Part shown: piece by piece, positions 1 through 8,539 of the stretch | Layout of the letters: each line of letters starts with the position of its first letter | Position numbering within the stretch: position 1 is the first letter of the stretch | DNA from: Mucilaginibacter lappiensis | GTDB lineage: Bacteria; Bacteroidota; Bacteroidia; Sphingobacteriales; Sphingobacteriaceae | Direction: 5' to 3' | NCBI RefSeq assembly: GCF_900155965.1 | Contig: NZ_FTMG01000016.1 | Location: 6,035-30,034 of the forward strand | Length of the DNA stretch: 24,000 bases | Made by a program: the position numbers and the translations under genes | Notes under the pieces: model-generated | What the model saw: the letters and a program-made list of their open reading frames with translations, nothing else | Databases searched by the model: none | Told to the model about the DNA's origin: nothing

Positions 1-2
1 AC

Positions 3-506
3 GCACAAATGGCCGGGACATTAGGTGAAACAGAAACCGCTAAAAAATATCGGGCCATTGCCGAAGGCATGGTGCCTGAGTGGATAAAAATGGCTGACGC
101 CGGCGATCATTATGCACTCACTTTTGATAACAAAGATACCTGGAGCCAGAAATATAACCTGGTTTGGGACAAGGTCTTGAGCTTACATTTATTCCCTCAG
201 AAAGTTTATGATACCGAAACCCGGTACTATCTGACTAAAATAAATAAGTTCGGGATTCCGCTGGACAGCCGTAAATCATACACCAAGAATGACTGGATCG
301 TTTGGACGGCAACTTTTGCTCCTCAAAAGGATCAGTTCGAGGAGCTGATCAGGCCGCTTTATGTACATGCCCTGGAGACTCCATCACGCGTGCCGCTGAA
401 TGACTTTTACGATTCAAAAACGGGCATCAGGGAAAACTTCAAAGCAAGAAGTGTAGTTGGTGGTTTTTATATGAAAATGCTGGCTGATAAATTGAAAGCA
501 GAATAA
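3..506 (+). CDS. Glutaminase-A-like protein, C-terminal part (DUF1793-type region). The 5' end lies outside the window.
   Basis: The reading frame is open back to the window edge, with no stop in nt 3-8. The tail (KYNLVWDKVLSLHLFPQKVY...DSRKSYTKNDWIVWTATF) resembles the C-terminal domain of bacterial glutaminase-domain (DUF4965/DUF1793) proteins. Recognised from memory. Confidence 0.6.
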   Translation, partial: AQMAGTLGETETAKKYRAIAEGMVPEWIKMADAGDHYALTFDNKDTWSQKYNLVWDKVLSLHLFPQKVYDTETRYYLTKINKFGIPLDSRKSYTKNDWIVWTATFAPQKDQFEELIRPLYVHALETPSRVPLNDFYDSKTGIRENFKARSVVGGFYMKMLADKLKAE

Positions 507-608
507 ATTCGGAACACATAATATGAGCCGTATTTTTCCTGTTTTGGGAGTGGCGGGGCTATACGTGGCTCATATCATATCAGAGCCCAATTCTCTTATT
601 TCTATATA

Positions 609-1715
609 ATGAACAATAATAAATTGATCACCAAGCCGCATTACCCTATACTGGATGGTTTACGCGGTGTTGCAGCCATCATAGTTGTTACCTTTCACCT
701 GACTGAACCGTTGGGGAGCGGTCATCTGGATATTATAGTTAATCACGGATACCTGGCTGTCGATTTCTTTTTCCTGCTATCAGGTTTTGTTATCGGCTAT
801 GCTTATGACGACCGCTGGCATAAAATGACAATCGGCCGTTTCTTTAAACGCCGTATCGAGCGCCTTCAGCCGCTGGTGGTCCTGGGCATGACATTGGGTG
901 CTATAGGCTTTTACTTCACAGATTCAACGCTTTGGCCGCTTATCCATACCGTACCCTTTTGGAAAATGCTGTTGGTTTTGCTGATCGGTTACACTATTCT
1001 GCCTGTACCGCTATCCCTGGATATACGTGGCTGGCAGGAAATGCATCCACTTAACAGCGTAGGATGGTCTTTATTCTTTGAATACATCGCCAACATTCTT
1101 TATGCGGTTTGGATAAGAAAATTTTCAAAAACTACATTGGCTGTATTAGTATGCGTTGCGGCTGTAGCGCTTGCGTGCCTGGCGATCACCAATGGGGATG
1201 TCAGTGGCGGCTGGACATTTAACGTGGAGCAGGTGCGCGTGGGCATTACCCGCACAATATACCCGTTCTTTGCAGGCCTGTTGCTGTCGCGTATTGCTAA
1301 ACCCGTCCACATCAGGAATGCATTTTTATGGTGCAGCGTTTTATTAGCGATGGTATTGTATATGCCGCGCATCGGCGGTGCCGATCATCTTTGGATGAAC
1401 GGAATATACGAGTCTGTTTGCATCATTATCGTTTTTCCGCTTATCGTTTACCTTGGTGCCAGCGGTGAGGTCCATACCCAAGCGGGGAGCAGGATATGCA
1501 GGTTTCTAGGTGATATATCTTATCCTCTTTACCTGGTGCATTATCCGCTGGTTTATTTTTATGTGGCATGGATCAGCAATCATAAAGGCGTAACCATAGT
1601 ACAGGCCTGGCCTTATGCATTAGCTATTTTAATCGGTGCAATTATCCTGGCGTATATCACTTTGAAATGGTACGATGAGCCGGTTCGTAAATGGCTGCGA
1701 AAAAAATTGGGCTAA
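609..1715 (+). CDS. Acyltransferase family 3 integral membrane protein (O-acyltransferase type)
   Basis: 368-aa ORF with many hydrophobic segments. The N-terminus (LDGLRGVAAIIVVTFH...DFFFLLSGFVI) is typical of the Acyl_transf_3 family. Confidence 0.85.
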   Translation: MNNNKLITKPHYPILDGLRGVAAIIVVTFHLTEPLGSGHLDIIVNHGYLAVDFFFLLSGFVIGYAYDDRWHKMTIGRFFKRRIERLQPLVVLGMTLGAIGFYFTDSTLWPLIHTVPFWKMLLVLLIGYTILPVPLSLDIRGWQEMHPLNSVGWSLFFEYIANILYAVWIRKFSKTTLAVLVCVAAVALACLAITNGDVSGGWTFNVEQVRVGITRTIYPFFAGLLLSRIAKPVHIRNAFLWCSVLLAMVLYMPRIGGADHLWMNGIYESVCIIIVFPLIVYLGASGEVHTQAGSRICRFLGDISYPLYLVHYPLVYFYVAWISNHKGVTIVQAWPYALAILIGAIILAYITLKWYDEPVRKWLRKKLG

Positions 1716-1962
1716 AAGAAAAGTCTCCCGGATTCGGTAATGAGACTGAAAATAATTAATTGTAGAATTTTTACAACTAGCCAAGCCTAATCAGGACTAT
1801 TATCGAACCGCTTGATGCACGATTTACAAACATTCGCTAACGTTTAAATATTGGTTCAAATCCAGTTAGGGGGATGAAAACACTTTTACAAATACTTATC
1901 TAATAACAACTTAAATAAGCATTTGGCGTATAATTACCGGAGCTTTGTGTTCTGAAAATAAT

Positions 1963-1990
1963 TTGCAACATAAAATACGTTAGCCGGTCT
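1963..1990 (+). promoter_or_regulatory. Putative ECF-sigma-dependent promoter upstream of the sigma gene (-35 TGCAAC, -10 CGGTCT), suggesting autoregulation
   Basis: TTGCAAC (1963-1969), a 14-nt spacer, then CCGGTCT (1984-1990). The same architecture recurs at 3033-3060. The AAC-N17-GTC spacing matches the classic ECF promoter layout. Confidence 0.55.
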
Positions 1991-1998
1991 AATCAACA

Positions 1999-2592
1999 GT
2001 GAGCAACCTAAAGGATGAACAATGGAGCGACCAACGCCTGGTAACAGCGGTGTTAAACGGCCACCGCCATGCTTTTGGTTTGATCATTAAAAAGACAGAG
2101 GGACTGGTTGCGCAAATGACCTTTAAGATGATCAACAGTCCCGGCGACCGTAAAGACATCGCCCAGGATGTTTACCTGAAGGCCTTCAAAAATCTTCGTG
2201 GCTTTAAGTTTCAATCCAAATTATCTACCTGGATCGGTCAGATCGCTTATAATACCTGCCTCCATTATCTGGAGAAAAAGAAGCTGGTGCTAATCGACAA
2301 TTTTGGGGAAGATGGCGAAATTCCAGAAAATAACTTTAACAAAGATGTGAGGAATGACACGGAAGAAAAGCTGTTTAGCAAGGAACTGGCCAATATGCTT
2401 CACACGGAGATCGAGCAGCTTAAACCACTTTACAAAACACTTATTTCCCTATACCACCAGGAGGACCTAAGCTACGCAGAGATCGCCGAGATTACCTCTC
2501 TACCGGAAGGCACAGTCAAAAATTATATTTTCAGAGCAAGAAAAATGCTTAAAGAAAACATCTTATTAAAACATAAAAGGAACGAGTTATGA
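1999..2592 (+). CDS. RNA polymerase ECF-type sigma-70 family factor
   Basis: 197 aa. Region 2 (DIAQDVYLKAFKNLRGF) and region 4 (LSYAEIAEITSLPEGTVKNYIFRARKML) signatures are present. The start is GTG, directly after an in-frame TAA. It overlaps the downstream anti-sigma gene by 4 nt (ATGA). Confidence 0.9.
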   Translation: MSNLKDEQWSDQRLVTAVLNGHRHAFGLIIKKTEGLVAQMTFKMINSPGDRKDIAQDVYLKAFKNLRGFKFQSKLSTWIGQIAYNTCLHYLEKKKLVLIDNFGEDGEIPENNFNKDVRNDTEEKLFSKELANMLHTEIEQLKPLYKTLISLYHQEDLSYAEIAEITSLPEGTVKNYIFRARKMLKENILLKHKRNEL

Positions 2593-3044
2593 TAACAGCA
2601 CATCTTACCGATGCGGAGATACAGCTTTATGTAGCTGAACCGGAAATGACCAGTGATCAACTGAAAATACATATCCAAGACTGCGCAAACTGCCAGACTA
2701 GGGCTGTCAATTACCAGTTGCTTTTTAATGGTATTCAGGATCAGGCCAAACCGAGGTTTGATTTTGACCTTACAAGCCTTGTACTGGAACAATTACCGGA
2801 GCCGAAACGCGCATTCCCATGGGCTGCGGTGTTGGTATCAGTGTTTTCTATTATATTAATTGCCTTGTTAGCGGTATTCTTCTGGTCGTATATGGAGGCG
2901 GTTATCACGGGCGCTTCAACAGTCCTAATTGCAATTACAGTTACCGCAGCAGTCGTTATCTTGATTTTTCAGGCCCTTGAAATGGTTAAAAACCATCAAA
3001 AGCAGATACATACACTTTTAAACGCAAAAACATTGCAACTATAA
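2589..3044 (+). CDS. Membrane-anchored anti-sigma factor (zf-HC2-like)
   Basis: It is translationally coupled to the sigma gene. It carries an H-x3-C-x2-C motif (HIQDCANCQ) followed by two predicted transmembrane (TM) segments (AAVLVSVFSIILIALLAVFFW and VLIAITVTAAVVILIF). Confidence 0.75.
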   Translation: MITAHLTDAEIQLYVAEPEMTSDQLKIHIQDCANCQTRAVNYQLLFNGIQDQAKPRFDFDLTSLVLEQLPEPKRAFPWAAVLVSVFSIILIALLAVFFWSYMEAVITGASTVLIAITVTAAVVILIFQALEMVKNHQKQIHTLLNAKTLQL

Positions 3045-3060
3045 CTCGGGTAACCGGTCT
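3033..3060 (+). promoter_or_regulatory. Second copy of the putative ECF-type promoter, upstream of the 3090 gene
   Basis: TTGCAAC (3033-3039, overlapping the last codons of the anti-sigma gene), a 14-nt spacer, then CCGGTCT (3054-3060). It lies 29 nt upstream of the ATG at 3090. Confidence 0.55.
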
Positions 3061-3089
3061 CATCGGATATAAAAGCAAATCATAAAAAC

Positions 3090-3524
3090 ATGAAAAAGAT
3101 ATATATAACCCTTCTGTTGTTCCCAGGCGCTTTCGGGGCGTATGCGCAGAGCAGCACCAATTTAATGAGTGATAAGGGCACCTTCGAGGAATTTGTTCGC
3201 GATATCATGCTCCTGCTGATAGTCTTTTTGGTTACAAGTTTCATTCTTACGATGATCAGGCTCTTCCTGGATAACGGTCTAAAGAGGAAAATTGTAGAAA
3301 TGGGTACACCGGAGACGATAGTATCACAGTTAATGGCAACTGGTAAAAATGAGATCAGGAACAGCCTCAAATGGTTTTGCGCACTTTGCGGGATCGCTGC
3401 CGGGCTCGGCATCATCGGCTGTTATCAGCTGACGGATATCTATGCCCTCATGGTTATCGCATTTTGTTTAGCACTAGGCTTCCTCGGTCATTTCCTCCTG
3501 GCCAGTCGACTGAATAAAGAATAA
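3090..3524 (+). CDS. Hypothetical membrane protein with an N-terminal signal peptide
   Basis: 144-aa ORF. It has a signal-like N-terminus (MKKIYITLLLFPGAFGAYAQ) and several hydrophobic segments. No family recognised. Confidence 0.55.
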   Translation: MKKIYITLLLFPGAFGAYAQSSTNLMSDKGTFEEFVRDIMLLLIVFLVTSFILTMIRLFLDNGLKRKIVEMGTPETIVSQLMATGKNEIRNSLKWFCALCGIAAGLGIIGCYQLTDIYALMVIAFCLALGFLGHFLLASRLNKE

Positions 3525-3605
3525 CACTCCTTCTATTCGAAAAATGAAAACCCTGAAGGGTATGGGCATACTATGCCTGCTTTAGAAATATTAACACATC
3601 AAAAA

Positions 3606-3950
3606 ATGAAGAAATTAATCCCGGCAATTATTGCCGCCCTGCTATTACTATGCGTTTGTTTTGCCTTTTTCCTTCAAAATAAACGCAAGGGCGAAACGGT
3701 TCTTTCCATTAAAGACGCGGAATCCAGTTATATTTTTAAAGCTTCCTTTTACTCCGGAGCAACGCCGGAAGTAACCAGATATATGGACAGTTGCACTGGC
3801 ATACTCAGAAAGGAAAATGCCAGTTTCCATATTAAAATCTCAGATGGGGATTTAACTATTACGGCAGATAAGCAAGATAATTCTGTTATCGTTATATCTC
3901 ACATCAGAAAGATGTGCAAGGGCATCAGTGATATGCTTATCCAGAATTAA
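3606..3950 (+). CDS. Hypothetical membrane-anchored or exported small protein
   Basis: The ORF track starts at 3573. The internal Met at 3606 (MKKLIPAIIAALLLLCVCFAF) gives a canonical signal/anchor N-terminus, so I prefer it. No family recognised. Confidence 0.5.
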   Translation: MKKLIPAIIAALLLLCVCFAFFLQNKRKGETVLSIKDAESSYIFKASFYSGATPEVTRYMDSCTGILRKENASFHIKISDGDLTITADKQDNSVIVISHIRKMCKGISDMLIQN

Positions 3951-4005
3951 CCCACCCCTTTTATTACTTAAATCGGTCCAGTCTCCATTTAATTAAAACA
4001 CTTTT

Positions 4006-6456
4006 ATGAAATTATTTATCATGGCATTTTTTGCCATATGGCTTTGCTTTGCCCCAGATTTTCTAATGGCTCAAACGATAGTCGGCAAAATATCCGGAAA
4101 AGTTGTAGATGAAAATGGCCGGCCTATTGACGGCGCCACGGTATCCCTTATCCGGTTAAAAGATTCTGTGACTGTAAAATATGAACTGGCCGCTGCAGAC
4201 GGAAGTTTTAACTTTGGAATAAGCGATGTGGGTGTATACCGTATCCTGATCTTTTCCATTGATAAACTGCCTTATAAAAGCGAGAGAATAGCAGTGGATG
4301 CGCAGCACCTGCTGATCGGTTTAATCCCGATCACCATGCAAACAGTCGCCAAAACTTTAAAAGAAGTAGTGGTTACATCCAGGAAGCCTTTTCTGGAGCA
4401 GAAAATAGACCGCACGGTAGTCAATGTAGATGCACTGATCAGCAATGCGGGTACCACTGCGCTGGATGTGCTGGAAAAATCGCCGGGAGTTGCCATTGAC
4501 CAAGCCGGACAGATCAGTTTTCATGGCAAATCCGGCGTAGCGATCTATATAGATGATAAACCGACTTACCTTTCAGGCAGCGACCTGGAAAACTATCTTC
4601 GCTCCATGCCTTCATCAACCTTATCGCAGATCGAATTGATGACCAATCCGCCCGCTAAGTACGATGCTGCCGGAACCGCCGGGATCATCAACATCAAAAC
4701 AAAAAAGACGAAAGTGAAAGGATTTAATCTGGGGGTGAGCCTTGGTTTGCGTCAAAGCCGGTACACGGCTACGAATAACAGCATGGATTTTAACTATCGT
4801 AAGGACAAGGTAAATGTGTTCGGAACCTTCGCCTACACATTCAGCAATGGCTATAACGATATAGACATCAACCGCAGTTACTTTTATAATGCGGGACAGC
4901 CATCAGGCGCGTTTACCCAGAATTCGTATATCCGCTCTAAGAGCGGCGGGTACAATGCAAAGCTGGGTATTGACCTGTATACATCTGAAAATACTACCAT
5001 CGGCGTACTTTTAAACGGTATTGTTCGTTCTCCCGATCAATTCAATAGTAGCAAAGGTCAGTTATTTAATGCTGCTGGCCAGCCCGATTCTTCCATCATA
5101 TCAAAAAACAAGGAACAGGGCAAGTTTAAAAATGGCAGCGCTAATCTAAATTACAAGCATACCTTTAAAAAAGACGGACCGGAAATAACGGCCAACCTGG
5201 ATTACCTGGCTTTTGCGACGGACAATAACCAATCATTTTTAAACCAAAGCTATGCAACAACGGGTTCGGTTTCTATAGACCAGCTTAATGGCAACCTTCC
5301 CGCCGCCATTCATATCTATTCGGCCAAGGCAGACTACAGCCAGCCATTAGCCGGTGGCTGGAAGCTGGAAGCCGGCGTTAAAAGCAGCTATACCAACACC
5401 GATAACCAGGCCAATTATTTCGATATTGTAAACGGAAATACAATTACAGATGATGATAAGACCAATCATTTCTTATATAAAGAAGCCATCAACGCTGGCT
5501 ACATCAATTTAAATAGGGATTTTAAAAGGCTAAGCATACAGGCAGGTCTCCGTCTGGAAAACACAGATTCCCGCGGTCACCAATTGGGTAATGCCCAAAA
5601 GCCGGATTCTGCTTTTAACCGGAATTACACGGGTTTGTTCCCAACCATTTATCTCCTTTATAAATTGGATACATTGGGCGATCATCAGTTAAAGATGACC
5701 TATGGCCGCCGTATTGAACGCCCTTACTACCAGGACTTAAACCCATTTATATCTCCGCTGGATAAATATACCTTCTATATCGGTAACCCTTACCTGCGGC
5801 CTTCGTACTCGGGGAACTTTGAGTTGGGTTACATTTATAAAGACAGGATCTCGTTAACGATGACCTACACTGATATCCGTGACCGGTCAACAGAAACCAT
5901 CGAGATCCGTAACGGCTATTACTATGACCGTCCGGGGAATATTGGCAGCACAAAATTGTATGATTTGAATGCAGATGCAAGTTTCGATCCGGCACAGTGG
6001 TTTAACCTGGAATTGAGCGGGGACGTATGGCAGCTTCGCCAGGCGAGTGATTTTTACACAGGTACATTAAACAGCCACAACACCAGCTTCTCCGGGCAGG
6101 CGGTACTGCAGTTTAAGCTCAATAAAGGATGGACTTTACAAACAGACGGTAAATATCAAAGTAAACAGACCGACGCACAGTTTACGTTGGCTGCTAAGGG
6201 CCGCCTGAATATAGCTGCCTCCAAAGTACTGTCGCCGCGCACTACGCTAAAACTGAGTATCAATGACCTTTTAAATACGAACATTAACCAGGGAGTTATA
6301 AACAATCTGTATCAAACAAATGCCAGCTTTCGCACGCTGAAAGACTCACGTGCCGCACTGCTTACCTTAAGCATGCGCTTCGGAAAAGCTGTGAAGGATC
6401 AGCGCAAACATAATCAGACAGGCGCAGGTGAAGAGAGCGACCGGGTGAAAAATTAA
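4006..6456 (+). CDS. TonB-dependent-receptor-like outer membrane beta-barrel protein with an N-terminal carboxypeptidase-regulatory-like domain
   Basis: 816 aa. It has a signal peptide, a CarboxypepD_reg-like segment (GKISGKVVDENGRPIDGATVSL) and a plug-like segment (ALDVLEKSPGVAIDQAGQISFHGKSGVAIYIDDKP). A long region rich in beta-strand-like Y/N/G/T residues follows. It resembles the OMP_b-brl_3 family. Confidence 0.8.
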   Translation: MKLFIMAFFAIWLCFAPDFLMAQTIVGKISGKVVDENGRPIDGATVSLIRLKDSVTVKYELAAADGSFNFGISDVGVYRILIFSIDKLPYKSERIAVDAQHLLIGLIPITMQTVAKTLKEVVVTSRKPFLEQKIDRTVVNVDALISNAGTTALDVLEKSPGVAIDQAGQISFHGKSGVAIYIDDKPTYLSGSDLENYLRSMPSSTLSQIELMTNPPAKYDAAGTAGIINIKTKKTKVKGFNLGVSLGLRQSRYTATNNSMDFNYRKDKVNVFGTFAYTFSNGYNDIDINRSYFYNAGQPSGAFTQNSYIRSKSGGYNAKLGIDLYTSENTTIGVLLNGIVRSPDQFNSSKGQLFNAAGQPDSSIISKNKEQGKFKNGSANLNYKHTFKKDGPEITANLDYLAFATDNNQSFLNQSYATTGSVSIDQLNGNLPAAIHIYSAKADYSQPLAGGWKLEAGVKSSYTNTDNQANYFDIVNGNTITDDDKTNHFLYKEAINAGYINLNRDFKRLSIQAGLRLENTDSRGHQLGNAQKPDSAFNRNYTGLFPTIYLLYKLDTLGDHQLKMTYGRRIERPYYQDLNPFISPLDKYTFYIGNPYLRPSYSGNFELGYIYKDRISLTMTYTDIRDRSTETIEIRNGYYYDRPGNIGSTKLYDLNADASFDPAQWFNLELSGDVWQLRQASDFYTGTLNSHNTSFSGQAVLQFKLNKGWTLQTDGKYQSKQTDAQFTLAAKGRLNIAASKVLSPRTTLKLSINDLLNTNINQGVINNLYQTNASFRTLKDSRAALLTLSMRFGKAVKDQRKHNQTGAGEESDRVKN

Positions 6457-6535
6457 TGGGACATTTCATTTAAATCAAATATGCCTTTTAAATGAGTTGG
6501 AGCACTTTAAGAGAGTCCAGGACTCAAACCCCTGA

Positions 6536-6673
6536 AAGGAGTGGTTCGAAAAATGTTCCACTAAACCGCTCACTTCAATAGCTTTTAAATGTAGCTATTA
6601 TGACCAGGCACATTTTATTAAAGAGTTTAAATCTTATACCGGTTTAACGCCTAATCAGGTGAAAAAGCTTTAA
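6536..6673 (+). pseudogene. Remnant of an AraC/XylS-family regulator containing only the second helix-turn-helix (HTH) motif
   Basis: My own translation of this frame gives KEWFEKCSTKPLTSIAFKCSYYDQAHFIKEFKSYTGLTPNQVKKL*. This matches the AraC C-terminal consensus (..IA..cG..d.shF.r.FK..tG.tP..). A TGA at 6533-6535 precedes it and no start codon or N-terminal domain is present. Confidence 0.6.
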
Positions 6674-6684
6674 AGTTGTATCAA

Positions 6685-7611
6685 TTAATCAGATGAAAAA
6701 TCATCTATCATATTAAATGTGGGTACAAAATACAAGCTGCCTGTTTTGGCTGTGCTGAAATCTAATATCCTGTCATAATTTCCTTCGGGTGAACCGATAA
6801 ACATATTATTCAACATCTGTTGTACGGTGCTGAATGTACTTGCATAGGCTATAAAATAGGTGCCCATTTCGTTGGTTGACATATTGCCGAAGGGCATATT
6901 ATCCCGAACAATTTTAAGGTCGTCGCCAACATTGGCTAAGGCAATATGAGAGTTGGATGGTTTTACATCATCGCTCATTTCTATATCATTCGCTTTGTAT
7001 CTGCCGATTACTTTCTCTTGCTGTTCAGTAGGAAGTTCTTTCCACGCGGTTAAATTATGGATGTATTTTTGTACAAAAAGGTAACTGCCGCCCCGGTAAG
7101 CAGGGTCATCATTTCCTATCATACTAAAGAGTTCTCTATCCTGTCCGTGTGGATTCTCCGTACCATCAACAAAGCCTAAAATAGAGCGGCTATCCCAGTA
7201 TCGGAAACCATGAATTTCTTCCGTACTGATGGCCACCGGGCTTAAAATATTTGATATCTCGGCTGCCATATCGTAACAGATACTGGTGTTATCGGCCCTG
7301 ATATGAAAATGTAGGTCGCCTTTGGAAGAAACTGCGGTGTGTTTATTGCCAACGATTGGAGCAAAATTCGCCAGTTCTTTAGGCAGAGGAACAGGAAGTC
7401 CAAGACCAAGCCAGGCATCATGTCCAATTCCCATTACACAGCTTGCCCGGGAAACAGGGAAACGGATATTAGCAGAATTATTAAGATTGATGATCAGTTT
7501 ACAAAGTTGACCGAATGCCTCTTTAACCTCCGGGTTATCCTTAAAGCTCCAGACCATAAATATGGTATTGTTATTGGTATAGTCTGTTACATTTTGTGAG
7601 TCCGGCTTCAT
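6685..7611 (-). CDS. Dye-decolorizing (DyP-type) haem peroxidase
   Basis: 308 aa. It contains the DyP GXXDG motif region (GFVDGTENPHG) and has the typical length and architecture. Confidence 0.88.
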   Translation of the reverse strand: MKPDSQNVTDYTNNNTIFMVWSFKDNPEVKEAFGQLCKLIINLNNSANIRFPVSRASCVMGIGHDAWLGLGLPVPLPKELANFAPIVGNKHTAVSSKGDLHFHIRADNTSICYDMAAEISNILSPVAISTEEIHGFRYWDSRSILGFVDGTENPHGQDRELFSMIGNDDPAYRGGSYLFVQKYIHNLTAWKELPTEQQEKVIGRYKANDIEMSDDVKPSNSHIALANVGDDLKIVRDNMPFGNMSTNEMGTYFIAYASTFSTVQQMLNNMFIGSPEGNYDRILDFSTAKTGSLYFVPTFNMIDDFSSD

Positions 7612-7679
7612 AAATTATAATATATCTGTTACGTGTTACGAAAATAAACAAAATCGTCAACAGCATTACGATAGGACAG

Positions 7680-8528
7680 TTAATTCTGATCCTGAAAATC
7701 GGCGCCTATAGTAGTTGCCTTCCAGGCTTCCAGTTCATCAGTCATAGCGGCCAGTTTTTCTGATGCACGCTTATAGGCATCCTGTCCAAGATATAAATGT
7801 ATTGGCGGTTCTTGATTTTCGGAAAGCTGTATCAATATTTCAGCGGCTTTATCAGGATCGCCTGGTTGTTTGCCATTGGCTGCCAGGTAACGTTCCTGCG
7901 TATCTTTAACGGCCTGGTAGCCTTCGATCTTACTTTCGGTAAAAGCCAATGAATTTTGGGTGAGAAAACCTGTGCGGAAACCTGATGGTTCAACCGCGGT
8001 TACCTTGATACCAAACTCTTTAATATCAAGCGCTAATACTTCTGAAAAGGCCGTTACCGCGGCTTTGGTTGCCGAATATATTGACCAACCTGGTGCACCT
8101 ACAAAACCGGCAACGGAACTCATATTGATGATGAAACCATTCTTCTGTTTACGCATAACGGGCAGTACGCTCCTGGTAACGTTAATGGTAGCCAGAACAT
8201 TCACATCAAAAATATTCCTGATATCCTGTTCCATTATCTCTTCCACTGTGCCGGCCATCCCATAACCGGCATTATTAACCAGCACATCAATTCGCCCAAA
8301 GGCAGTGATCGTTTGCCTGATGGATTCATCAATACAATCCAGGTTATTCAGGTCGACTGCCAGTGGGAGAAATCGGTCCGTGTCTATTACGCCAACAGCA
8401 TCTTTAAGGCTTTGCGCATTGCGTGAAGTTGCGGCTACGCGATAACCATCGTTCAGCAACCTTTTTACCAAAGTAAGTCCCAATCCCTGGGAGGCTCCTG
8501 TTATGTACCAAACTTTTGATGAGTTCAT
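7680..8528 (-). CDS. SDR family NAD(P)-dependent oxidoreductase
   Basis: It has the TGASQGLG dinucleotide-binding motif, NNAG, and the YSATKAA catalytic motif. Confidence 0.88.
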   Translation of the reverse strand: MNSSKVWYITGASQGLGLTLVKRLLNDGYRVAATSRNAQSLKDAVGVIDTDRFLPLAVDLNNLDCIDESIRQTITAFGRIDVLVNNAGYGMAGTVEEIMEQDIRNIFDVNVLATINVTRSVLPVMRKQKNGFIINMSSVAGFVGAPGWSIYSATKAAVTAFSEVLALDIKEFGIKVTAVEPSGFRTGFLTQNSLAFTESKIEGYQAVKDTQERYLAANGKQPGDPDKAAEILIQLSENQEPPIHLYLGQDAYKRASEKLAAMTDELEAWKATTIGADFQDQN

Positions 8529-8539
8529 AGCTTGTTTGT

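Noticed and set aside
521-575. The inverted repeat ATATGAGCC ... GGCTCATAT downstream of the glutaminase-like gene, considered as a possible terminator
   Set aside because: The 9-bp AT-rich stem has a 37-nt loop and no following T-tract. This is too weak to call an intrinsic terminator from sequence alone.
1100-1372. A 90-aa minus-strand ORF inside the acyltransferase gene. It stands for the whole class of antisense or overlapping ORFs in the track (e.g. 2523-2792, 3080-3415, 3648-3830, 4071-4496, 5747-5995, 7242-7599, 7960-8265, 8764-9331, 10541-11116, 11766-11981, 12286-12510, 13833-14133, 15917-16156, 16373-16702, 16955-17194, 17169-17558, 17794-18030, 19755-19964, 20266-20466, 20831-21483, 22921-23127, 23246-23446).
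   Set aside because: Each lies entirely within, or antisense to, a longer ORF that has clear family signatures. Their translations are low-complexity or rich in Arg, Ser and Cys, and they match no recognisable family. This is typical of shadow ORFs.
3573-3605. Upstream start (MPALEILTHQK...) for the 125-aa ORF
   Set aside because: The Met at 3606 yields a canonical MKK-plus-hydrophobic signal/anchor, and the 11 upstream codons add nothing recognisable. It is kept only as an alternative start.
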